Shown in pieces: positions 39,429 through 48,489 of a stretch of DNA of 64,000 nt (its first letter is position 1; the number at the start of each line of letters is the position of its first letter). The notes beneath the pieces were generated by a model. The model worked only from the letters and a program-made list of their open reading frames with translations, was not told the origin of the DNA and ran no database searches. The position numbers and the translations under genes were made by a program. This DNA is from Chloroflexota bacterium (GTDB taxonomy: Bacteria > Chloroflexota > Limnocylindria > QHBO01). Location of the stretch: positions 63,817 to 127,816 of the forward strand of contig JBBDRZ010000007.1 in NCBI GenBank assembly GCA_040905185.1. The letters are read 5' to 3'.

Positions 39429-40117
39429 TCCTCACCGTCCACGTCGCGCGCCAGCTCTGGATTCAGCTCCGGCTGCTGGGCCTGCTGGTCCTTCCGGCCA
39501 TCGCGGCCGTGGTGGCGGTCATCGTCGACGGCCAGTTCGGTTCGGAGGCCGGTCGCCTGGCGCTGGCGGTTGGCTTCGCCGCGGCCGCCGTGCTGAGCGC
39601 AGCCCTGGTGGGCACAGGCTTCAGCGAGGAAATCGGCTCGGGCGCCGCAGCGTGGCTGGTGGTCCGGGCCGTGCCCCGGACAGCGCTCATCAGGGCTTGG
39701 CTGGCGCTTCCGGCGCTGGCCGTGCTGGTGGCATTCGTACTGGCCGGGATCCTGGCCGGCCTCGCCCTGCCGCCTCCGTTGGAAGGGGCGCCGGGTCCGG
39801 TCGCGGTGGCCGTGACGGTGCTCGCCGCCGCCGCTCCGGCGCTGCCACTGTCGGCGGCTGCGCTGGCCATCGCCGTCGATGCTTCGAGCCGGGTCACGCT
39901 CGTGACGGTCGTCGGGGGAGCCGCGATATTAGCCCTGCCGTTCGTCCTGGTCGGTGAGACGGCCGTCCATCCCGCGAGCGGCTACTGGCTGGTGGCCGGA
40001 ATGGTCCCTGCCGATCGGCCGATCACGGTGGGCCTCCAGGCCATCGGCCTCTGCCTGACCCTGGCCGCCCTGGCCTGGGCCGGCGCCGCCTTGCGGTTCC
40101 GGCGGCGCGACCTCTGA
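39425..40117 (+). CDS. Putative ABC-2-like permease / membrane protein
   Basis: About six TM segments; SEEIGSGAAAWLVVRAVPR resembles the ABC-2 cytoplasmic loop; ends RFRRRDL; ATGA-coupled to the ATPase. Confidence 0.7.
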   Translation: MILTVHVARQLWIQLRLLGLLVLPAIAAVVAVIVDGQFGSEAGRLALAVGFAAAAVLSAALVGTGFSEEIGSGAAAWLVVRAVPRTALIRAWLALPALAVLVAFVLAGILAGLALPPPLEGAPGPVAVAVTVLAAAAPALPLSAAALAIAVDASSRVTLVTVVGGAAILALPFVLVGETAVHPASGYWLVAGMVPADRPITVGLQAIGLCLTLAALAWAGAALRFRRRDL

Positions 40118-40127
40118 TGGGTCGAGA

Positions 40128-40814
40128 TCAGGGCTGGATGGGCAGTGCGACCACGATCAGCTCGCCCCAGTTGCGGTTGAAGCCCTGGGAGGTTTGGAGC
40201 GTCAGCCGTTCGTGGTCGGTGGCCGCCGTCCAGCGGCCTCCCTCCTCGCACTCGGGGCCCGCATACAGGAGGTCCAGCGGCGGGCTCGGCATTGGCTCGG
40301 CGTCCGGGTCGGGGCAGGACACGTTGGGGTGGACCTCGGTCACGCGGTAGCGGAGGACCTGGCCGTCGGACATCAGGACCCGCACCTCGGCGCCGAGCTG
40401 GACGTTCCACAGGCCTATGAACAGCGGCCGCAGGGCGTGCGCCACGATGTACGAATTCGTTCCGCGGCCCGGGTCCGAGGTCTGCGAGAGCAGAAATGCG
40501 CAGCAGTCGCCGAGCGGCTGGCCTGGCGCAAGCCGCTGGATGGCGACATTGACGCCTACTGACTCGATCTGGATCTGGGTCGCCACCCAGTCGCTGGGGA
40601 TCGGCGTGGCCTCGGGCGTGGCCACGGGCGTGCCATCCGTCGAGGGAGCGGCCGCGGGCGTCTGGGTCCCACCCACCAGGCTCGGGTTCGGGATAGGCGC
40701 CAGGCTGGGCGGCGCGCCCTCGTCCAGCGGCAGCTGGCCGGCAAGAATCAGGACCACCCCCAGCAGGGCCAGGGTCAGCGGAAGGGCCAGACCTCGGGCC
40801 CGGCGACCGTTCAA
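40128..40814 (-). CDS. Sortase-fold protein with Ser in place of the catalytic Cys
   Basis: N-terminal TM and P/T-rich linker, PGRGTNSYIVAH, YRVTEV, LTLQTS (canonical TLxTC); TTGA overlap with the nuoN stop. Confidence 0.78.
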   Translation of the reverse strand: MNGRRARGLALPLTLALLGVVLILAGQLPLDEGAPPSLAPIPNPSLVGGTQTPAAAPSTDGTPVATPEATPIPSDWVATQIQIESVGVNVAIQRLAPGQPLGDCCAFLLSQTSDPGRGTNSYIVAHALRPLFIGLWNVQLGAEVRVLMSDGQVLRYRVTEVHPNVSCPDPDAEPMPSPPLDLLYAGPECEEGGRWTAATDHERLTLQTSQGFNRNWGELIVVALPIQP

Positions 40815-42262
40815 GCCGGCAGCCACCCGAGCAGGATGCCGGGGAAGATGCCGAGCAGGAGCACGCCGGCCACGCTGAGCACCAGCGCCAGGCGGCCCAC
40901 TCCGGTGCGCTCCACCTCCGCCGGCTCGGCCTCCGGGTCACGCATGTACATGTAGACCACGACCCGCAGGTAGTAGAACGCGGCCAGGGCGGCATTCAGG
41001 GCGATGGCCACCGCCAGCCAGGCCAGGCCCGCGTCGACCGACGCCAGCAGCACGTACAGCTTGGCAAAGAACCCGACCGTGGGCGGGATGCCGGTCAGCG
41101 ACAGGAGCAGGACGGTCATGGCCGCGGCCAGGGCCGGCTGGCGCCCGGCCAGGCCCGCGAACGACCCCAATCCACCGTAGCGGCGCACGTCGCGCTGAAG
41201 CATGCCGACCACCGCGAAGGCCGCGATGTTCATCACCGAGTAGCCGACCAGGTAGAACACGACCGCCTCGATGGCCTCCCTGGCGACCACCGGATCGGTG
41301 GCCGCCGCAAACGCCGCCAGCCCAGCCAGGATGTATCCGGTATGAGCGATCGACGAGTAGGCGAGCATCCGCTTGACGTTGGTCTGGGTCAGGGCCACGA
41401 CGTTGCCAAACGTCATGGTCACCAGGGCCAGGACCACGAATACGTCCAGCCAGTCGGCGCGCAACGGGCCGAACGCCTCGCCGAAGAGGCGCAGCAGCAG
41501 GGCGAAGGCCCCCAGCTTGGGGCCCACTGACAGGAACCCGGTTATGGGCGTCGGGGCGCCCTGGTAGGCGTCCGGGGTCCAGAAGTGGAACGGCACCGCC
41601 GCCGCCTTGAAGGTCGCGCCCACGGTCAGGAAGCCGATCGCGACCAGCACCGCCCCGTTCATCAAGCCGCCCGAGAACACCTCGGCAATCTCGGTGAACA
41701 CGGTCGAGCCGGTCAGGCCGTACGTCCAGGCGATCCCAAACAGGAGGATGGCGCTCGCAAATGACCCGAGCAGGAAGTACTTCAGCCCACCCTCGTTGCT
41801 GAACCGATCGGTCTTGTGGAAGGCGGCCAGCAGGTAGGCCGGCATGACCATCAGCTCCAGACCCAGGAACAGGGTGATGAGATCCGCGCTGCTGGAAAGG
41901 ACGAAGATGCCCAGGGTCGAGAACAGCAGGATGGCGTTGAACTCGCCCAACGGCAGGCGGCGGACGACCAGGTAGCCCGGCGCGAACAGGGTCGTCAACA
42001 GGCCGATACCGACCGCCGCCAGCTTCAGCACCAGCGCCAGCCGGTCCACGGTGTAGACCCCTCCCGCCAACGCCTCACTGGGCGGGGTGGTCCAGACCGC
42101 GCCGATGGCCAGCGCGGTGGCCGCCAGGCCGGCCACGGTCAGCGGGGTCAGCAGCCACTTGCGCTCCCGGGGCAGGAACAAGTCGACGGTGATAATCACC
42201 AGGACCGAGATGGCCAGCGCCGCCTCGGGCAGGAGTGGGTACAGGGCGGCGGGGTCGTTCAT
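40811..42262 (-). CDS. nuoN: NADH-quinone oxidoreductase subunit N
   Basis: EGGLKYFLLGS, FKAAAVPFHFWTPDAYQGAP, KRMLAYSSIAH. Confidence 0.97.
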   Translation of the reverse strand: MNDPAALYPLLPEAALAISVLVIITVDLFLPRERKWLLTPLTVAGLAATALAIGAVWTTPPSEALAGGVYTVDRLALVLKLAAVGIGLLTTLFAPGYLVVRRLPLGEFNAILLFSTLGIFVLSSSADLITLFLGLELMVMPAYLLAAFHKTDRFSNEGGLKYFLLGSFASAILLFGIAWTYGLTGSTVFTEIAEVFSGGLMNGAVLVAIGFLTVGATFKAAAVPFHFWTPDAYQGAPTPITGFLSVGPKLGAFALLLRLFGEAFGPLRADWLDVFVVLALVTMTFGNVVALTQTNVKRMLAYSSIAHTGYILAGLAAFAAATDPVVAREAIEAVVFYLVGYSVMNIAAFAVVGMLQRDVRRYGGLGSFAGLAGRQPALAAAMTVLLLSLTGIPPTVGFFAKLYVLLASVDAGLAWLAVAIALNAALAAFYYLRVVVYMYMRDPEAEPAEVERTGVGRLALVLSVAGVLLLGIFPGILLGWLPA

Positions 42263-42269
42263 ACCGGTC

Positions 42270-43796
42270 TCACCATGGCCAGGCGACCAGATTGAGCCCC
42301 GCGGCGCTCTGAACCGCCTCCAGGATGCGCTGCACCGGCCCGGCGGTGGCCTCCAGGACGGGGGCCGGGAACACGCCCAGGGCCACGACCAGGACCACCA
42401 GCGGCGCCAGCGACAGCCATTCGACGCGGGTCAGGTCACGCAGCCCGCCCCAGGCCCGGCGCATCCAGTCCGACGGCACCGCGAAGAACGCGCGCTGGAA
42501 CATCCACAGCATGTAGACCGCGCTGGCGATCACCACCAGCATGGCCCAGGCGGCCACCCAGGGGGAGTACTGGAACGCGCCGAGCAGGACGAGGAACTCG
42601 CCCACGAACCCGGACAGCCCGGGGAGGCCGATGGAGGCGAAGATGAACAGCCCGAACAGGGCGGCATAGGCCGGCATCCGGGCGTTCAGCCCGCCCATGT
42701 GGCTGATCATCCGGTCGTGGGTCCGCTCATAGATGACCCCCACCAGCAGGAACAGGGCCCCGGTCGTGATGCCATGGCTGACCATTTGGAAGACGGCCCC
42801 CTGCAACCCCTGGGCATTGAACACGAACGTGCCGAGGATGACGAACCCCATGTGCGACACGCTCGAGTAGGCGATCAGCTTCTTCATGTCGGGCTGCACC
42901 ATCGCCACCAGCGCGCCGTAGACGATGGCCACCAGGGCCAGGCCGATCATGAGTGGCGCGAAGGAGTGGGCCGCATCGGGCAGCAGCGGCAGTGAAAACC
43001 TCAGGAACCCGTAGCCGCCCAGCTTGAGCAGTACCCCGGCCAGGATGATGGAGCCCGCGGTCGGGGCCTCGACGTGAGCATCGGGCAGCCAGGTGTGGAA
43101 CGGCCACATCGGCACCTTGATGGCGAACGCCAGCCCGAACGCGATGAACGCGCCAGCCTGGAGCAGGTCGGGAAACGGGGCGCCGCGGAGGGCTTCGTAG
43201 CTGAACGTGAACGTTCCGCCCGGGAGGTTGGCGTTGGCGATGACCACGGCCAGGATGGCGACCAGCATGAGGAGCGAGCCGACCAGGGTGTAGATGACGA
43301 ACTTCAGCGTGGCGTAGATGCGCTGTGGTCCGCCCCAGATCCCGATCACCAGGTACATCGGGATCAGGCTCAGCTCCCAGAAGACGTAGAACACGAACAG
43401 GTCGAGCGCCACAAAGACGCCGAGCATGCCGGCCATCAGCAAGAGCATCGCGGCGTAGTACTCCTTGACCCGCATCTGGATCGGTCCCCACGAGTACAGG
43501 ATGCTCACCACGCTCAGGACCGTGGTGAGCAGCACCAGCACGGCGCTCATGCCGTCCACCCCCAGCTGGTAGCGGATCCCGAACGCGCTGATCCACGGAA
43601 GGTCCTCGCGGAATTGGAACTCCGCCCCGGCCGGGTCGTACCCCAGCAGGAACAGGCTGAAGCCCAGGCTCACGAGCGCCGCAAGCAGGGCCACCCAGCG
43701 GATGAGCCGATGGTTGGCGCCCGGCACGAACAGCAGGGCCGCCACGCCGAGAAGCGGCGTGAAGACGATCAGCGACAGGACCGGCAGGCCGCTCAT
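42270..43796 (-). CDS. nuoM: NADH-quinone oxidoreductase subunit M
   Basis: FYVFWE, KVPMWPFHTWLPDAHVEAP, KKLIAYSSVSH. Confidence 0.97.
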   Translation of the reverse strand: MSGLPVLSLIVFTPLLGVAALLFVPGANHRLIRWVALLAALVSLGFSLFLLGYDPAGAEFQFREDLPWISAFGIRYQLGVDGMSAVLVLLTTVLSVVSILYSWGPIQMRVKEYYAAMLLLMAGMLGVFVALDLFVFYVFWELSLIPMYLVIGIWGGPQRIYATLKFVIYTLVGSLLMLVAILAVVIANANLPGGTFTFSYEALRGAPFPDLLQAGAFIAFGLAFAIKVPMWPFHTWLPDAHVEAPTAGSIILAGVLLKLGGYGFLRFSLPLLPDAAHSFAPLMIGLALVAIVYGALVAMVQPDMKKLIAYSSVSHMGFVILGTFVFNAQGLQGAVFQMVSHGITTGALFLLVGVIYERTHDRMISHMGGLNARMPAYAALFGLFIFASIGLPGLSGFVGEFLVLLGAFQYSPWVAAWAMLVVIASAVYMLWMFQRAFFAVPSDWMRRAWGGLRDLTRVEWLSLAPLVVLVVALGVFPAPVLEATAGPVQRILEAVQSAAGLNLVAWPW

Positions 43797-43797
43797 G

Positions 43798-46035
43798 TCA
43801 GCGCACCACCGTGGCGTAGACCAGCAGCACGATGACCAACCCGGCCGCGATACCCAACCCGTAGTTCTGGACCCGACCGGTCTGGGACCGGCGCAACCCG
43901 CCGCCCAAGCGCTGGGCCAACCAGCCGACGCCGTTCACCGCCCCATCGATGACCTTCACGTCGAACCACCACAGGGCGTTGGAGAGCACCACGCCTCCGC
44001 GGGCGAAGACGAGCTGGTACAGGTCGTCGAAGTAGTACTTGTTCAGGCTGGCCCGATACATCCCAGGTCCCAGCCCGAACGGGATGCGCTGCACGAAGCG
44101 CGCCGGCGCCTCGGGATCCTGGATGTACCAGCGCCGGGCGAGCAGGATCCCGGCCAGCCCGACCGAAGCTCCGGCGAGCAGCAGCAGGCCGCCCAGGCCG
44201 AACAGCTCGAAGCCGTGCGCCTCCCCATGTTCCAGGGCGCCGGCCAGGATCGAGCCGGGCTGGATGCCGGCCCCCAGCTCCTCCGCGCCACGGAACACCT
44301 CCTCGAGCCACTGGTGAATGGCGCCGCCCTCGGGCGGAATGCCCAGCAGCAGCCCGGCCAGCACGGTGGGCACGGCCACGATGACGAGCGGCGCCACCAT
44401 GGTCGGTGCGCTCTCGTGGACGTGGTGCCACGCCGCCGCCGGCCCGCGCCACGCGCCGTGGAAGGTCATGAAGATCATCCGGAAGGCGTAGAACGCGGTC
44501 AGGAACGCGACCCCGATGCCCACCGCCCAGTAGATCGGATAGCCGCGGGCGAATGCCTCCGACAGGATCTCGTCTTTGCTGAAGAACCCCGCGAAGATCG
44601 GGATCCCGGCCAGGGCCAGGGCCCCCACCACCATGGTCCCGTAGGTCCAGCGCATCCGTTCCCGGAGGCCGCCCATGAACCGCATGTCCTGCTCCCCGCC
44701 GGCGCCGTGGATGACCGATCCCGAGGCCATGAACAGCAGCCCCTTGAAAAAGCCGTGGGTCAGCAGGTGGAAGATGGCCGCCACCCAGGCGCCGATGCCC
44801 AGGGCGAAAAACATGTAGCCCAGCTGGCTGACGGTGGAGTAGGCCATCACCTTCTTGACGTCGTTCTGGGTCAGCGCAATGGCCGCCGCCAGGACGGCGG
44901 TGAACACGCCGATGGCGGCGACGACACCCATTGCCTCCGGGGAGTGGGCAAAGATCGGGTTGGCGCGGGCGACCAGGTACACCCCGGCGTTGACCATGGT
45001 CGCGGCGTGGATGAGGGCGCTGACCGGGGTGGGGCCTTCCATGGCGTCGGGCAGCCAGACGTGGAGCGGGAACTGGGCGCTCTTGCCCACCGCACCCGCG
45101 AACAGGAGCAGGGCGATGAGGGTGATATGCCAGCCCTCCAGGCCGCCGATCCCGGCGAACACGTCGTCGAAGGTCAGCGTACCGAGCAGGGTCCAGATCA
45201 GGATCACGCCCAGCCCAAAGCCGAAGTCGCCGACCCGGTTGACGATGAACGCCTTCTTGGCCGCTCCCGCCGCCGACGGCTTCTTGTACCAGTAGCCGAT
45301 CAGGAGGTACGAGCACAGCCCGACTGCCTCCCAGCCGACGTACAGGAGCAGGAAGTTGTCGGCCAGGATCAGCAACAGCATGCTGAACATGAACAGGTTC
45401 AGGTAGGCGAAGAAGCGCCACACGCTGCGGTCGCCGTCCATGTAGCCGATGGAATAGACGTGGATCAGCAGGCCGACCGTGCCGACCACCAGCAGCAGGA
45501 CCGCGGTCAGCGCGTCCACGAAGAACGTGATCTCGATCCGGAAATCGCCCGACACGATCCAGTCGTAGACGGTGACCCGGTACTCGGCGCCTCCGAAGAT
45601 GACCGAGCCGAAGATCGCCATCGACGCCGCCCAGGCCACGGCCACCAGTGCGACCGGGACCCACCACGAGCGGTAGACCGGCCGCGGCCCGCCGGGCCTC
45701 ACGTGACCGGGCTGCCCGCGCCCGTCGTTCAGCTCGTCGGGGATGATCCCATCGGCCCCGTTGGCGTTGGCCAGGTCGTCGGCGTGGCCCCGGTGGGGCG
45801 AGGTCTCGCGCTGCTCCTCCTCGGTCGGGACGCCGCGGTACCCGGACTCGTCGACCGCCTCGGCGTGGGAGGCGTGCGCGTCGCCGCCCGTGTCGTGACC
45901 CGCCCCGGCGCCGTGCTCCTCATCGTGCTCGGCGTGCTCCGGAATGCGGTCGAGGCGCGGCCCAAGCAGCACCGCGAACAGGAAGCCGGCCAGCGGCAGG
46001 GCCGGGATCAGGGCGACGAGCGACTGCAGGTCCAG
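43798..46035 (-). CDS. nuoL: NADH-quinone oxidoreductase subunit L (probable CTG start; His/acid-rich insert)
   Basis: KSAQFPLHVWLPDAMEGPTPVSALIHAATMV. TM1 (LIPALPLAGF) lies upstream of the first GTG and is reached only from CTG 46035, which has AAGGAG 7 nt upstream. Confidence 0.95.
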   Translation of the reverse strand: MDLQSLVALIPALPLAGFLFAVLLGPRLDRIPEHAEHDEEHGAGAGHDTGGDAHASHAEAVDESGYRGVPTEEEQRETSPHRGHADDLANANGADGIIPDELNDGRGQPGHVRPGGPRPVYRSWWVPVALVAVAWAASMAIFGSVIFGGAEYRVTVYDWIVSGDFRIEITFFVDALTAVLLLVVGTVGLLIHVYSIGYMDGDRSVWRFFAYLNLFMFSMLLLILADNFLLLYVGWEAVGLCSYLLIGYWYKKPSAAGAAKKAFIVNRVGDFGFGLGVILIWTLLGTLTFDDVFAGIGGLEGWHITLIALLLFAGAVGKSAQFPLHVWLPDAMEGPTPVSALIHAATMVNAGVYLVARANPIFAHSPEAMGVVAAIGVFTAVLAAAIALTQNDVKKVMAYSTVSQLGYMFFALGIGAWVAAIFHLLTHGFFKGLLFMASGSVIHGAGGEQDMRFMGGLRERMRWTYGTMVVGALALAGIPIFAGFFSKDEILSEAFARGYPIYWAVGIGVAFLTAFYAFRMIFMTFHGAWRGPAAAWHHVHESAPTMVAPLVIVAVPTVLAGLLLGIPPEGGAIHQWLEEVFRGAEELGAGIQPGSILAGALEHGEAHGFELFGLGGLLLLAGASVGLAGILLARRWYIQDPEAPARFVQRIPFGLGPGMYRASLNKYYFDDLYQLVFARGGVVLSNALWWFDVKVIDGAVNGVGWLAQRLGGGLRRSQTGRVQNYGLGIAAGLVIVLLVYATVVR

Positions 46036-46039
46036 CGCG

Positions 46040-46348
46040 CTACTCCTTCAGATCGGCGTAGTCGTCGACCTCGGCGGTCTGACGCGTGCGGATGATCGCG
46101 ATGACCAGGGCCAGGCCCACCGTCGCCTCCGCTGCCGCGACGGCCATGACGAGCAGCGCGAAGACGGCGCCGGCGTTATCGGTGGCGTAGTAATCGAACG
46201 CGTTGAACGCCACCAGGGCCAGGTTGACGGCGTTCAGCATGAGCTCGATGCAGATCAGCATCATGATCGCGTTGCGTCGGGCCAGGAAACCGAAGGCCCC
46301 GATCCCGAACAGGGCGAGTGACAGGAACAGGTAGCCGTTGAGGCCCAT
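46040..46348 (-). CDS. nuoK: NADH-quinone oxidoreductase subunit K
   Basis: RRNAIMMLICIELMLNAVN, AAAEATVGLA. Confidence 0.97.
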   Translation of the reverse strand: MGLNGYLFLSLALFGIGAFGFLARRNAIMMLICIELMLNAVNLALVAFNAFDYYATDNAGAVFALLVMAVAAAEATVGLALVIAIIRTRQTAEVDDYADLKE

Positions 46349-46351
46349 CGG

Positions 46352-46861
46352 TCAGTTCATCCGCTCGTCTTCTTCGGGCCGCCGGGCCAGGTAGATGGCG
46401 CCGATGATGGCGGCCAGCAACAGGAAGCCCACGATCTCGAACGGCAGCGCGTAGTCGTTGAAGATGGCGGCGGCCAGGGCGTCGAGCTCAACCGGGATGA
46501 TCACGCTGGGGTTGGGCCAGTCGGTCTGGAGCAGGGCCCATCCGACGAGGGCCACGATCCCGATGGCGACCAGGGCTGCGAAGGGCGCCTGCCGCTGGAA
46601 GGGTGCCGGCAGGTTGGCGTCACCGGCCTGGGTCAGCATGATCGCGAACAGGATCAGGACGCTGATGGCGCCCAGGTAGATGAGGACCTGGGCAGCGGCC
46701 ACGATGGGCGCGCCGAGCAGGGCGTAGGTGCCGGCCAGGGCTCCGAAGGAGACCATCATGGCCACCGCGGAATGGATCACGTTCCGCAGCAGGACGGCCG
46801 CCAGGCCGCCGCCCAGGACGCCGGCGGCGAGCACCACGAAGAGGACGGTCGAGATGTCCAG
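46352..46861 (-). CDS. nuoJ: NADH-quinone oxidoreductase subunit J (probable CTG start)
   Basis: AQVLIYLGAISVLILFAIML, YALPFE; GGGAG SD 8 nt before CTG 46861, with an in-frame stop 11 codons further upstream. Confidence 0.93.
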   Translation of the reverse strand: MDISTVLFVVLAAGVLGGGLAAVLLRNVIHSAVAMMVSFGALAGTYALLGAPIVAAAQVLIYLGAISVLILFAIMLTQAGDANLPAPFQRQAPFAALVAIGIVALVGWALLQTDWPNPSVIIPVELDALAAAIFNDYALPFEIVGFLLLAAIIGAIYLARRPEEDERMN

Positions 46862-46925
46862 AGTCGAGGCTCCCGTTCGAAGACCGAACGCTCACACGGC
46901 CTCGCTCCAGAGGCCGTGGCCGATT

Positions 46926-47771
46926 CTACGGCAAGAGCTGATCTCCCTCGCGCCCGGCGGTCACCTGCAGGCCGTTGGCGGTGGACGCGGCCAGAGTGGC
47001 GGCGTCCATGGCCAGGACGTCCATCTGGTCGTCGGTTCGTGCCGGATCGTGGTGGAACAGGACCAGCTTGCCGACCTGGGCGCGGCGCGCGAAGGCGATG
47101 GCCTCGGCGACCGATGAGTGGCCCCAGCCCAGCCGCTCGGCACGCTCTTCGTTTGTGTATTGAGCGTCGTGGATGAGCACGTCCGCCCCGCGCGCCAGGC
47201 GCAGCCCGCTCACCCAGGATGTGTCGCCATCTCCGTCACTCGTCCCCAGAGCCGGCTCGTGGTCGCTCAGGTAAGCCAGCGACTGGCCGTTCCCGGTGAT
47301 GCGGTAGCCGAGCGTCGCCCCCGGATGGATCACCTCGTCAGCCCGGATCGTGAACGGACCGATCCGGAACGGCTCCTCGGGGGCGTCATGGAAATCGAAG
47401 TTGGCGCGCAGGTCGCGCAGCCGAATCGGGAACAGCGGCGGGGAGAGGTAGCGGGTCAGGCGCGCCCGCAGGTGTAGGGTCGGCGAGGGCGGGCCCCAGA
47501 TGTGGATCTCGCACCCGCGCCGGAAGATGGGCGCAAAGAAGCCCAGCCCCTGGATGTGGTCCATGTGGAGGTGGGTGAGGAGGATGTCGATCCGCCCCGC
47601 CTCCATCGCGACCTCGGCGCCCAGACGCTGGATGCCGGTCCCCGCGTCGAGGACAAGCAGCGTCCCATCGTCGCCGCGCACCTCCACGCAGGCCGTGTTG
47701 CCGCCATAGCGCGCAGTCTGGGGGCCGGCGGCGGCCACCGACCCGCGGGTGCCCCACAGGCGGACGATCAC
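46926..47771 (-). CDS. MBL-fold metallohydrolase (phosphodiesterase/RNase Z-like)
   Basis: WGTRGS, YGGNTAC, DAGTG, THLHMDHIQG, DAQY, WGHS, FHHDP. Confidence 0.9.
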   Translation of the reverse strand: MIVRLWGTRGSVAAAGPQTARYGGNTACVEVRGDDGTLLVLDAGTGIQRLGAEVAMEAGRIDILLTHLHMDHIQGLGFFAPIFRRGCEIHIWGPPSPTLHLRARLTRYLSPPLFPIRLRDLRANFDFHDAPEEPFRIGPFTIRADEVIHPGATLGYRITGNGQSLAYLSDHEPALGTSDGDGDTSWVSGLRLARGADVLIHDAQYTNEERAERLGWGHSSVAEAIAFARRAQVGKLVLFHHDPARTDDQMDVLAMDAATLAASTANGLQVTAGREGDQLLP

Positions 47772-48172
47772 GCCTCGGGGGACTCCCAGAACATCGTCAC
47801 CGAGCCCATCACGTCGCCGTGCCCGCCGGTCAGCGGGAAGGCGGTGACGCCGATCCGGCGCGCGACGCCGTCGCCGCCCGTGATCTCGATCGTGGCGTGA
47901 GCCGGACGGCCCTGGCGCAGGGCGATGATCGGAGGCAGCTCTTCCCTGGGCAGCGGGTTTCCGGACTCGTCCCGGGGGCGGAAGGACGTGGTCCAGGTCT
48001 CGAACGGCATCTGGTCCACGTCGTCGGCCCGCACGCCGAGGGTGGGCTCGGCCGCCTCGTTGAAAAAGACGAGATCCCCCTCGCCGTCGATGACCCACAT
48101 CGGGATGGACAGGTGCTCCGAAAGCTGGCGGAGGAGGATCATCTCGATCGGCTGCTGGGGGAGATCGGTCAT
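47768..48172 (-). CDS. Stand-alone PAS-domain protein
   Basis: MWVIDGEGDLVFFNEAAEPTLG PAS N-motif; GTGA-coupled to the MBL hydrolase; TATCCT 7 nt before the ATG. Confidence 0.85.
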   Translation of the reverse strand: MTDLPQQPIEMILLRQLSEHLSIPMWVIDGEGDLVFFNEAAEPTLGVRADDVDQMPFETWTTSFRPRDESGNPLPREELPPIIALRQGRPAHATIEITGGDGVARRIGVTAFPLTGGHGDVMGSVTMFWESPEA

Positions 48173-48226
48173 CCGGGCGAGGATACCCGCTGACGTCCTC
48201 CGACACCGTCGCCCCGGATCACTCAG

Positions 48227-48355
48227 CTTGGCCCGATCGTCCTGCCCTGGATGGACCGATGGGCGCGCGTCCTGGTCGCTTCGCTTGCGCTCAGCTCCGC
48301 GATCGAGCTCGCGCAGCCAGGGGTTCCCGACCGCTCGGCCGATGTCGACGACCTG
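48227..48355 (+). pseudogene. Internal fragment of a VanZ-like gene
   Basis: LGPIVLPWMDRWARVLVASLALSSAIELAQPGVPDRSADVDDL matches the VanZ S..IE..Q...R..D.DD pattern but lacks the N- and C-terminal parts. Confidence 0.6.
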
Positions 48356-48489
48356 AAAACGGCGCCAGAGCGCCCGTCAGCAGCGAAATGCGACACCCGG
48401 GGGCACCGATCGGCACGGCAGGAGCTTCATCCTGGCTGATAGGTGTCACGGGCAAGCACACGGCGTCGGCGCAGCGGGAAGGCGCCGGT

